Source of the DNA: Cycas panzhihuaensis
Lineage: Eukaryota; Plantae; Cycadophyta
Length of the DNA: 64,000 nucleotides
Direction of reading: 5' to 3'
Assembly: GCA_023213395.1 (NCBI GenBank)
Contig: CM041465.1
Location: forward strand, 66,967,741-67,031,740
Below are positions 51,960 to 64,000 of this stretch, in pieces. Position numbers and translations under genes: made by a program. The notes under the pieces were generated by a model. The model ran no database searches. It saw only the letters and a list, made by a program, of their open reading frames with translations, and was not told the origin of the DNA. Numbering within the stretch: position 1 is the first letter of the stretch; every line of letters begins with the position of its first letter.

Positions 51960-53794
51960 TATTAGGATTATTAATGTTACTTTTATTCTATTTTTTATGT
52001 TATATTTTAGTAACATGTCTAAATAATTATTTAAGTGACTCAAAGGTTTTAATTTAAAAGGTTAAGTCATTATTTAATCATTATGTGAAAGGTCGTTGAA
52101 ATGCGCAACTGCCCATTTCAATGAACCTTGTTATTAATACCGTCTCCTAGATTCAAGGAGATGTTTCTGAGAATCTAGGAGGTTGTCCAAAGCCTTTTTC
52201 AAAGGTTAGTTTTGTCATATGTAGATGGTATTCTTATGGTTTTATGTATAGCTTTTGATCTTAATAAAATTTTAGATTAGGAGGTGGTTTTTCTTCCCTA
52301 GAAAGGGTTTTCCACTTGTCGCATCACATGTACATATGTAATATTAGATTTTTCCTATGTATTATTTGATCTTGTGATATTGTGCTTGTACCTATTCTCA
52401 CATAGTATCAGAGCATATACAATATATGCACAAGCTTCTTTCTTCAACCACGACTACCTTCTAAATGCCTAAAGATTTGACTACTTACAAAATCAAACTA
52501 AACTTAATTTAGTGGATTGGCAACTTGATGAAGACTCTGGACAGTAAACCCTCTGATTATTTTACAGATGTCCCTTTCACAATGTCATTAGACCTTGGGA
52601 TAGTGTAGCTTTTGTTAGTATGAAGAGAGTATGATCATGCCATGCTCAGAACTACCAACTATGTTTGACAGATGTACAAGTTTAACCTCGGATAGAAATT
52701 GGGTAAAACCATGTCCAGCATTGGCGATTACATTAGGCCTAGTTCTATCAAATTATACACGATGCTTAGCTTTAGATGATAACAAGGATGCCAAAGCATT
52801 ATCCTGAAACTCAAATTGTTGTTGGTTGCCATGATTTCTCTCAATAATCTCTGCATTTGTGCCAGACTGCCCTAGACACATATTCTTTGGATTTGAACTA
52901 CTTTTAAAGTTGAACCTGGGTTGGAGTCCAACATCACTTGGTAGACATTTTCAACTCAATAGTTAAGCATCCAAGCACGTGTCCAGTAACCAGATCGCAT
53001 ACCTTAGCTCCTATAACAGAAAGAGACCATCCACCATATCTATTTCAAGCATATTTATTTGGAGACATAGATGATTAAAAGAGCTGCGTTGTGATAAATC
53101 CTAGACTTACCAAATTTTTTCTTGGTTAAGGCTCACTACTACTCTTGAAAAGAAAGAGGCCTTGGAAAGGTAGAAGAATTCCTTGGATGCTACAACAAAG
53201 AAATCCCTTAAGTGTAAAGAAGAGAGAAAATTGAAGGTCTCTCAATTTCGTCGTTTTGCTGTGGATAACCAGATGAAAATTGAAGAGGCCAAATGAAGGA
53301 CCATTGAAAATCCAAATGAGAAAGAGCTACACACAGAGAGACAAGAGAGTGTTATGTGAAAATTATCCTGCAACCATTCCAGCAACAGACGACTATATGC
53401 GTAGGAGTCGAACTGAAGGCCTCGTTGGTATTTCCAGTGCTTGAGAAGAAATCCATCCAGGAGGCATGCCTTGAAAGAAGTATATGCCCAACCTGCAACC
53501 ATAAGAAGAGTAGAAGTAGAATGTGTCACTATAGCTTCTTTGAATCCTCGCAACTTGTACCAACTGGAATGACCTGCAAAAGATCCCTAAGACAACTCGT
53601 TGTTTCAAGATTCAACTAGCTGGAGATCTTCGCTATTGATCAAGTTGCTTCATCAATCCATCTTCTCCCCTCACCGCCTGCTGCCACAATGGGTTTATAA
53701 GGTAGGACTTTGTCACCTTAACCCCCTCAGACCCTAATTTTTTATCAAATTTTATTTTGTTTTATAAAAATGATAACCCTGTCGGGTCTGCCCG

Positions 53795-53796
<2 letters not shown>

Positions 53797-53872
<76 letters not shown>

Positions 53873-53927
53873 ACTTTAGGATTAATTTAAATTAGCTACC
53901 TGCGCGCCCCCCCCCCCCCCCCCCCCC
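53797..53927. repeat. (TA)35 microsatellite and ~21-nt poly-C tract in the element B leader
   Basis: TA run at 53797-53866, C run at 53907-53927. Confidence 0.95.
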
Positions 53928-54844
53928 GCCTTACGCTTTATAATGTTTAATTTACAAATTAAAACAACTTTCTCTGTCCCCTATTACATTTATTAATATT
54001 AACCTCCCATTACTTCTTTTTAATATTACCCCTATTACATTTTGTTATATTACAAGGTCTTTAATTTCTTTAACGTTAAAATAACCCTTCCCCTCTATAT
54101 TATAATTGATATACAAACAAACCATTCCCTCTTTACTTATTCTTAAAATTAATCTTCTTTTTATTACAATAAGGTAATTATAACCTTTAATCCTCTCTCA
54201 GTATTGTTTATATATATACTTTTTCAAATAAAACCTAGGCTAAATTAACACTCTCTTACTATCATACAATACTCTTATTATACCCTAATACCTCTTTTTT
54301 AAACACCCTCTCATAAAGATTATATATATGCATACATTTATATATATATTCTTTTTAAATAAAGCTTAATTAACTTAGGCTAAATCAATACCTTCTATAT
54401 ACTTTAAGTTCCCTCATTTACTACAACACAATACACTTATTTTATTCTTTTTTTTTTATTACAAACAACCTCCTCAACTAATTTGTTTAATGACAAATTA
54501 ATTCTCTTTATACTTCTTTTAAAGTTGACATAAATCTTCCTTACACTTTCAAATTTAATCCTCTTTTATTATATATACTTTATCACTTTAACTACAGTGT
54601 TCCCCCTATAATACAATATTATTGTTAATATTATTTTCTAATTAAACTTTTTTTTAGATAAAAACTTTGTATAAATTACATTAAATGTTTAGAAATTAAT
54701 TATCTTTCAAACACTAGAATTATGTTTCTTAAGTAAATCAATTTTTAAATTAATATATTTTCTGCCCTATAATTAGCTAATCAATAATAGTAAAATAATA
54801 ATCTTTTTTTAATCTAAATATTTTTTTAGTAAAACACTTATTTG

Positions 54845-54915
54845 GTTAAGGGGGACTATTTATATTTTAAAGTTAAGGGGGACTATTTATTTTTTAAGGT
54901 TAAGGGGGACTATTT
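54845..54915 (+). repeat. Three GTTAAGGGGGACTATTT repeats at 27-bp period upstream of gag
   Basis: Copies at 54845, 54872 and 54899. A similar cluster lies at 6787-6843 in element A. Confidence 0.85.
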
Positions 54916-55093
54916 ATTTTTGGGAACATGTAATTCTTTTAAAGGGAAAAGTATTAATTCATCCTACTATGATTTTTAGTTTTCAATTATGCCTATGAAA
55001 TATTAATTTGATGTTTGGTAACCTTACTAAGTGATTATTTTTTCATCTACTCTTATATTTTTCAATCTCCAATTAAATTCCAAAATACCTAAT

Positions 55094-58000
55094 ATGGATT
55101 TAATGCTAGGGACAACCACTTGTACTCCAATTCCAGTTTTAACTAGCTCAAACTATGCCAACTAAAGGAATCGCATATCCCATCAGCTTAAACAACAAAA
55201 GATATAGCAATATGTAATACATGAATTTAAAAAACTAAAAGATGAAACTACAGAAAGTTATATGGTATATCTGATGAATTCAGATTCAATCTTAGGCACC
55301 ATATTGAACTCACTTTCACCAGAAATCAGTCAGCAGTTTTTTGAAACAGACGATCTTGCCATTATCTAGAACATTCTGTAAGAAAAATATGATAAGGTCG
55401 ATACACATCAACTAGCTGTCTTAGAACAATAATTGTATGACCTTAATTATGATGATTTTTCTAAGGTTAAGGATTTTTTATGCAAAATTCAACTAATTAA
55501 TAAAGATCTAAGTAATTGTATTAAATCTAAAACTAAAGTAGGTGGTACCAAAAAAATAATCACTCATGCTAAAGACGATGATATGCTTATTCATCTTACA
55601 ATAAAAAATTACCAAAATATTTAAATTTTTTTAAAACAGCCAGACAACAAGCTAGCAATCATCCTATAACATTTAATTAGTTAACAAACCAACTGATAGA
55701 ATATCAAATAATGTTAATTTAGACAAGTATATTAAAAGATCCTTCCCAAGCTTTATTTTCCAAAACTAAGCCACAAAATAAAAACAAACATCAGAATAAT
55801 TTTAATAGTAATCCAAATTTTTAGAAACCTCATAGAGATTCACCACCTAACTCTTAAAATAATATTAAGTATTCTGGTCCATCTAAATATCAAAATACTC
55901 CTAGTCAATCATTTCTTAATTAGAATAATGTAAATCCTTCTCAGAACACTAGTTGTGCCTATTATCATAAAGAGGCCACACTATTGATGTCTGTAGAAGT
56001 AGAATGGCTTTGGAAGCATAGAAAGCTTCAAATGGATTACAAAACTAACCTCAGTCCTGACCACAAAATCGATAACAAACTCATAATCATTCTCTAACAG
56101 TAACAACTTCTGCATTTGTTGCCCTAACTAATCAACCACCACAATGAATTCTTAACTCTAGTGCATCCCATCACATGACAAGACACCAGAAAAACTTATC
56201 CACTTATCAATCTGAAACTAACTCTAAAGAAGATATTTCTTTTAGAAGTGGAACCTAACTTAAAGTAAAAAGATCAGGTGATGTTACTTTAAAAGAGAGT
56301 TTAATAACGAACATCTTCTATGTACCAGGTTTGTTACTAAACCTACTCTCAGTTTATCAAATCTGTTAGAAAGATCTTATCGACGAATTTTAGAAAGATA
56401 AATTTATTATGAAAGAGCCATTAAACAAATTTAAACATATTGCCTTAGGACATGTTGATCATAGTACAGGTCTCTATAGTTTAACAAGTTTACAAAATAA
56501 CAAAACAAAACCCTTCAGTGCCTTTATAGCCAAATCTGACTCAGTCAGTAAACTTTAACATATACGATTTGGCCATACAAGTTATGGAAAACTTCAATAT
56601 CTAAAAATACATGACATGGTTCATGGTCTTCCACCCTTAAATACTGTTTATGGTGTCTGCAAAGCCTGTGTAACAGGTAAGAAACACATAGATCCTTTTC
56701 CACATAAAACTCAATTCAGAGCGAAATTTCTACTTGAACTTGTTCACTCTGATATATGTGGACTATTTCATGTAACATCATACTCTGGCTCTCATTATTT
56801 ATTATAGTTATTGATAATTTCTCTAGAAAATGTTAGATTTACACACTCAAAATACGTAATCAAGTGTTTGATATTTTCATTAAATTCAAAATGCTTGTTG
56901 AAAACTAATTAAACTCAAAAATTAAAATTTTTAGATATAATAATGCCAAGGAATACTTAAGTAGAAAATTCACTTCTTTCTGTAAAAAGTATGGAATTCA
57001 ATTTCAGCATTCTATTGCATACACTCCTCAGTAAAACGGTATTGTTAAATGTGAGAACTACACTCTTTTTTAGATGACTCATTGCATGTTACATGCAAAG
57101 AACCTTGACCTAAAGTTATGGGCAGAAGCAATTAACTACTCCAACTATCTACTAAATCATTTACCTAGTAAATACTTATAAAATGTTACTCTAGAACAAA
57201 AATGGTCTAGAAGAAAACCCCCAATCAATCATTTACAAATCTTTGGAAGTATTATGTGGGGACATGTTCTTAAAGAAAAATGTAAGAAACTATATCCTAA
57301 GAGTAAAAAATACATCTTCGTTGGATACAACGAAGAAAGTAAATCTTATAGACTTTTGGATCTAGTTAGGCATCAAATTTTAATTTTGTGTGATGTCATA
57401 TTTGATGAAAAAGGATCTTCTTCAACCTCTTCTTATGTAGAACTTCTGGTTGAAAATCTATTAACCAACACCTATTTGGTTGACCCCTCTAACAAACTAA
57501 CTGACCCTGAAATTTTAGAATCCTTATCTAGTCAAGTTTAGAATTAGACTCTATCTGAACCTACTGAAATAGACTCTTCTTCTCAATCTAGCTCCTCAAA
57601 TTAACCAGTAACTACAAAAATAGGTACCAACAAATAGCTTGTCTAGGCAAAGAAAATGCTTACTGATATTAGATCTGATGTAGGTAATCCTTCAGATACC
57701 AGGTGAACATGTGCCCAAAAATTACATGCTAACTATGCCTTAATAGCTAAAATAATGGACAATAATGATCCTAAAACCTTTAAACAAGCTAGTAACAATC
57801 CTGTATGGCAGGAAGATATGCAAGATGAATTTGATACTTTAATTAAAAATTCAACTTGGGATCTCGAACCACTCCCATCTAGGAAAAATGTAGTTGATTG
57901 CAAATAGGTTTATAGAACAGAATACAACTTAATAGGTGTAGTTTAAAAATATAAAGCTTGCCTAGTTGCAAAAGGATTTTCTCAAATTGATGGTATTGAT

Positions 58001-59311
58001 TATAATGAAACCTTTGCCCATGTTGCAAAGATGAATATGATTAAAATAATTATTGTTCTAGCAGCCAAATTTGGTTAGGAAATCCATCAAATAGATGTAA
58101 AGAGCGCATTTCTAAATGGTGATCTCAAAGAAGAGATCTACATGTCTCAACCACCTAGCTTTATTGATAATCCTAATTTAGATTACAAACTAAAGAAATC
58201 TATTTATGGATTAAAACAAGCTACTCGAGCTTGGTATACTAAAGTTGACGATTATCTCATTCAAATTAGATACACTAGATGTATTAGTGATACAAATCTT
58301 TATTTCAAATATGAAAATGATAATATTACCTTTTTAATCATATATATTGATGATATCATCATCACTGAATCATCAACAAATAACATTCATCACTTAAAAA
58401 CTACTTTAATAAATAAATTTGAAATGATCGATTTAGGTCTCATACATTATTTTATTAGATTACAAATTTATCAAAATGATTCAAAAATAACTATATCACA
58501 ACCTAAATATATTTTAGACTTAATTAAATAATTTAATATGGAAAATGCTAAACCCGTCTCTAATCTATTATAATCAGGAGTAAAATTATCTATTGATTAT
58601 TCAACACCTTTATGTGATCCAATATTATATAGATAACTAATTGGTAGTCTTATTTATTTAACTCATACCTGCATTGACATATCTTATGTTGTCATTTTAT
58701 GTTCACATTATATACAAAATCTACATGAATCACATTGGAAAGCTACTAAATGTATATTATGATATCTTCATAACATTATTTTTTATGGACTAACTTATAA
58801 TTTTTGTAGTAAACCTTTAACTTTAATAGGATATACTGATTCAGATTATGTTGGTGATACAAATGATCGTAAGTCTACACCAGGTTATGTATTTTTTATG
58901 GATTCTTCACCTATTAATTAGTCTAGTAAGAAAATGTAGGCACTAGCTCTATCAATGACTGAAGTTGAATATTGAGCACTTCTTCAAGCCAACAAAGAAG
59001 CACTTTGGCTCAAATCTCTTCTAAATGAAATTGGTCTATCTCCTAACTCTTCCATTGAACTTAAAGTTGATAATCAAGGTGCCATTGTTGTTGTTACAAA
59101 TCTGGTTATACATTTTAGAACTAAACATATAGAATTACATCAGTATTTTATTTGTAATCTTGTTATTGATAACATTATTCATTTGTCTTATTGTCCTATA
59201 GATCTACAGGTTGCTAACACACTCAAAAAGTCTTTAACTGAAGTCAAGTTTCTAAACCTATAAAATTTATTGAAGATAAAAGAAGTCTCCATCAAAGAGG
59301 GATCAACGTGA
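55094..59311 (+). pseudogene. Element B gag-pol, many premature stops
   Basis: ATG at 55094, LVHSDICG integrase, LKKSIYGLKQA and YIDD RT motifs, GYTDSD RNase H, stop at 59309-59311. Confidence 0.92.
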
Positions 59312-59928
59312 TGAAGACCTTCTTTATAAAAGTTAACATTAAAGGGGGATGTCATGATTATTAATGTAATTTTTATTCTATTATTATGTTATATTTTAGT
59401 CACATGTCTAAATAATTATTTAAGTGACTCAGGTTTTAATTTTAAAAGTTAAGTCATTATTTAATCATTATGTGAAAGATCGTTGAAATATGCAACTACC
59501 CATTTTAACGAACCTTTCTTGTTATTAATACCCTCTCATAGATTCAAAGAGGTGGTTCTGAGAATCTAGGAGGTTGTCCAAAGCCTTTTTCAAAGGATGG
59601 TTTTTTCATATGTAGATGGTATTCTTATGGTTTTATGTATAGATTTTGATCTTAATAAAATTTTAGATTACGAGGTGGTTTTTCTTCCCTAGAAGGGGTT
59701 TTCCACCTGTCACATCACGTGTACATATGCAATATTAGACTTTTCCTGTATATTATTTGATCATGTGATATTGTGCCTATACCTATTCTCACATAAATAA
59801 AAGATGATGAGGAGTCATCAATATAATGATAGAAAGAAGAGAAATAGTTGAAACCAACTTAATCTCTCAAACTCCATTAAGTAAAATTTGATCCATTTAA
59901 GATGTAGTAGAGGATGAAAAAGCTTCAT

Positions 59929-62900
59929 TGTTAGATATTAAATTTGGATGCCTATATAATAACAACTTATTTTGATGTCTGTTCAGTGATGGAGCCGGAG
60001 GAGTAGAGCAGGACATCATAACGTTCTCATCTTGAGTACAACGGCAATTTCCAATAGAATGGCGGTGTTAATAAACACCAGGGAGGTATTCCCAACCCTT
60101 AAATAGAGAATTCGAGGAGGCGTCGGGCGCCATCACCCTAGCTGCACAATAATTAAGGTTAGTTTGAAAAAATATTAAAAATAAATAACGGTGATACGTA
60201 CCTCAAATGAGTGGTCGATGCGGCTATTGAACAGCTCAAGGTGCCCTAGGGGCCCTCAAAGGCGGCTTTGAGGGGCCCTAAGCGCTCTGGTGCATGTACA
60301 TTGGGATTATTCCCAACATTCTCCCTCATGACTCCTAAATCATATCTGAATTTCTCAAACTTGATTTTTCCCAAGGCCTTTATAAAAATATCCGCTATTT
60401 GATCTTCGGTGCTACAATAAGTCAACTCTATCTCTTCTGCTTGTACAAGTTCCCAAATGAAGTGGTATTGAGTTTCAATGTGCTTTGTTCTGCCATGGAA
60501 TACTGGATTTTTTGTCATTTGAATAGCACTATGATTATCACACCAAATTTTAGTGGGACCTTGCTGTTCAATTTGAAAATCCTGTAAGAGTCTTCTTAAC
60601 CAGATTGATTCACAGGCTCCTAACACTGCGACTTTATATTCTGCTTCAGCTGTGGATAAGGAAACGGTATTTTGTTTCTTTGTACTCCAAGCTACTACTA
60701 CTGATCTCATACTAAATGCATAACCTGAGGTAGATTTTCTATCATCGACATCACCAGCCCAATCTGAATCTGTATAACCAGTTAACTGAAACTCGGATGT
60801 AGGTTTGTAGTATAACCCAAAGTCTGAAGTCTCTTTAAGGTATCTGGGGATTCTTTTAGTAGCTTTCCAATGAGATGTCTTTGGATCCTGCATAAATCTA
60901 GATATAACACTTACAGAATATGTTATATCAGGTCGAGTAGAGGTTAAATAAAGTAGGCTACCAATCAGTTGTCTATAGTGAGTGGGATCAACTGAAGTTG
61001 AGTCATCTGTCTTAGAGAGTTTAATTCTAATTTCTGCTGGTATTGACAATGGTTTACAGTTTGTCATATTAAATCTTTGTAGGAGGTCTAATATATATTT
61101 ACGTTGAGAGATAAATATTCCTTGTTTATCTTGCCACACTTCCAATCCTCGAAAGTAGTGCATAAGACCTAAGTCTGTCATTTCGAATTCCTTACACATA
61201 GCTTCTTTAAATTGATTTAAAAGTTGGGAGTCATTTCCGATATAAATTAAGTCATCTATGTAAAGTCCTACGATCAATATTGAATTTCCTTTAATTTTAG
61301 TGTATAGGTTTGGATCTGCTTGAGATCTTTCAAACCCTTGATCTTTAAGATATGTGTCTATATGGGAATACCAAGCCCCAAGTGCTTGTTTTAGACCATA
61401 TAATGCTTTCTTTAACTTGTACACTTTGTTTTCTTCTCCCCTGACTTCAAAACCGAGGGGTTGAGAGACATAGATATCTTCTTGGATATAACCATTTAAG
61501 AAAGTACTTTTTACATCCATTTGATAAATAGGCTAACCCATTTGAGCGGCTAAACTTATTATCATGCGAACTGATTCCATCCTAGCAACTGGGGCAAATG
61601 TTTCGGTATAGTCTATGCCTTCTCTTTGGGCATATCCTTTGGCAACTAAACAAGCTTTATATTTATCAATTGATCCATCAGAGTGGAACTTAGTCTTATA
61701 GACCCATTTGGTTCTAATGGCTTTCTTCCTTGGTGGTAAGTCTACAAGTTCCCAAGTATCATTTTTAACGATAGATTTATATTCCTCTTGCATGGCTTTT
61801 TGCCAGCACTCATGTTGATTAGCCTCATGAAAAGTTTGAGGCTCATGACTTTCAAGTAACTTACTCATTAGAGAAAAGTTAACTTTGTGTGAACATGTAG
61901 ATCTTCGATTATTATCTAATATATTTCCTAAGTCATGATTGCATTGAACCCATTTGGGTAGTGGTTGTGATGGTGGTTGAGATGATGTTGTTTCCCTAGT
62001 GGTTTCTAGAGAGTTTCTCCACATAGGAGGCACATATTTGGATGTATTTGATGCGTTAAACTTAATGGTAATGTCCTTCTGTTGTTCGTGATTATTTTGA
62101 TAGTAGGTGTCTTCTTGAAATTTGACATCCCTACTCAGTATAACTTTTCAGGATTTAGGATCATAAACTTTGTGAGATTTTGATGATTCACTATATCTAA
62201 TAAAGATACATTTTACACTATGATCATCTAATTTAGTTCTTCTTTGGTCAGGGACGTGGGCATAGGCTAAACAGCCAAATACCTTAAGGTGACGGATACT
62301 AGGTTTATAACCTGTCCATGCTTTTTCTGGTGTCTTCCACCTAACGGCTTTTGTAGAACATCGATTAAGTAAGTAGACTGTGGTATGGGTATTGACCCAA
62401 AATTCATGGCCTAAGTTTTTATCTTTAAGCATACAACGTGCCATTTCTACGATAGTTCTGTTTTCCTTCGGCACACCATTTTGTTGTGGGGTGTAGGGGT
62501 TGGTATGTTGTCACCTAATCCCATGTTGGATACGATAATCCTTGAAGATATTAGAGGTAAATTCTCCCCATTATCGATCTTAAGGAGAGGATATGATATC
62601 CACTTTGTTGCTCAACGAAGGTTTTGAAGTCAACAAAGTGGTCAAATGCATCAGTTGTATTTGAGAAAGAACACCCAAGTCTTTCTTGTAAAGTCATCAA
62701 TAAATGTAAGGAAATATTTGGCACACCGAAGGAGGGAGTGGCCATTGGGCCACAAATATCTGTGTATACGAGTTGAAGAGGCGGATGCGATGGCTAAAGT
62801 CCTGGAAAACTTTCTCTATGATGTTTTCCAAGAAGGCATCCCTCACACAACTCTTTATTAACATCAATAGGGGGCAAGCCATTAACCATATCTAATCTTT

Positions 62901-64000
62901 TCATAAGGGCTAAACTGGTATAATTAAGATGACCGAAACGTCGATGCCATAGGTCACTATCCATAGTATTTGTGGTTCTAAGGGCATAAGTATCTGAGGG
63001 GGTGATAGTAAGTTTAAATAAATGATTTTTAGTCATGATACCCCTAGCAACAATAGCTTCATTTTATCATTTGTCTTTAATGACACATTCGCCGTTGTCA
63101 AAAATTATTTTATAATCTTGTTCCATCATCATCCTCTGATAGTAAGTTTTCCTTAAAGCAGGGACATATAGAACATCATTTAAATATTTATATTCACCAC
63201 TATCAGTCAATAAGGTAATGTTACCTTTTCCAATCGATTCGTGAGAGGTGTTGTCTCCAAACATAATAGACCCTTTCTTATTTATATCCAAAGTTTGAAA
63301 TAATTGTTCTTTATGGGTCATGTAGGTGGAACAACCAGAATCAATGTACCAACTATCGTCATCTTCTTCTAGGGCTGAAAAACTAGATAGAAATAACCTA
63401 TTGTTGATTTTAGATTCTGATGTATTTGGCACATGTCCTCTAGAGGGTGGTCCATGTTTTGAAAAATACTTATCTTCAGTGTGACCATTTCTACGACAAT
63501 AAGTGCAATATAGTTGATCTCTTTTTCCATAACTAAGGTTTTGATTCCTTGGTTGAGAGCGATCAAGGTTGAGAGGTCTCCCCCTTTCCTCATAGAATTG
63601 AGTATGATTATTTCTTAGTTGGTCACGATAGTTTTGAGGTGTTCTAGAAGGTTGTGGGTTCCCATGACAATGAGGACAACAAGAATGATTTCCAACTTGT
63701 CTTCGTTGGTTTGAGTTTCTTTGAGTGTTCGAATGTCTTGGAGAGTTTTCATATTGTGGGGGTCGTCCTTGTCTATTATGAGGAGTTTGGTATCGTGGAG
63801 GATTTTGTCTAGTTCCATTTCTAGGGTTTTTATCTTTTCGCCTTAGAGGAGATTCGTTTTGTTTTGAGGTGCCATCTTGAGAGTTAGGTTGAATGTTGGC
63901 CTTTGTAGCAAAGGCATGTTCTCGGGTTTCATTGGCAGCTTGTTGCTCTTCTATGAACATGAGCATAACAGTAAGTTGTTCTATTTTGAGGGTACTTAGG
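59929..64000 (-). mobile_element. Ty1/copia element F, 3' portion (3' LTR 59929-60318; 5' end beyond the window)
   Basis: On minus, PPT GAGGGAGAA then LTR TGTTGGG...CTAACA. gag-PR-INT-RT-RH ORFs lie upstream. Confidence 0.9.
60246..63966 (-). pseudogene. Element F gag-pol, frameshifted
   Basis: ORFs 63067-63966 (gag C-terminus, CTYCRRNGH knuckle, WYIDSGCS protease), 62794-63036 (HHCC region), 62148-62474 (integrase), 61533-62033 and 60246-61520 (RT YIDD, RNase H). Confidence 0.95.

Larger units (their letters stand above)
51960..59793 (+). mobile_element. Full-length Ty1/copia element B, sister of element A (LTRs 51960-52402 and 59350-59793; TSD TAAAT)
   Basis: Paired ~443-bp LTRs, PBS TAGTATCAGAGC at 52403-52414, PPT AAAGGGGGA at 59341-59349, TSD TAAAT at 51955-51959 and 59794-59798. 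LTR motifs and gag-pol are collinear with A. Confidence 0.95.

Noticed and set aside
52620-53040. Possible kinase-like (QFLSEVK) and WD40-like (AKVCDLVTGH) pieces in the B leader
   Set aside because: Matches are too short to name without a search.
53356-53619. Cys-containing 87-aa ORF as a zinc-finger gene
   Set aside because: Non-ATG start, no coherent domain, and no counterpart in element A.

Overview
This is AT-rich, gene-free DNA from a large land-plant genome, made almost entirely of nested, decayed retrotransposons. I can delimit five LTR elements by paired LTRs and 5-bp TSDs. A is a copia element at 4140-17012, with copia E nested in it at 10383-15595. D (31774-36434) and C (38590-44750) are non-autonomous. 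B (51960-59793) is a copia sister of A. Also present are partial copia elements at both window edges, older gypsy and L1-LINE remnants, and a four-copy ~2.5 kb tandem array built from a LINE fragment. I see no intact host gene. The main unexpected observation is that three unrelated LTR families (A, C, D) carry a 1-2 kb 'cargo' mosaic of short, decayed fragments of conserved host genes between the PBS and gag. I recognise eEF2 (twice), UPL1/2 HECT E3, DExH1-type helicase, NUP58, RPB2, histone H1 and possibly an F-box/kelch protein, mostly antisense to the element. Sister element B has entirely different sequence in the same slot. Protein assignments come from manual translation and recalled family motifs, not database searches.
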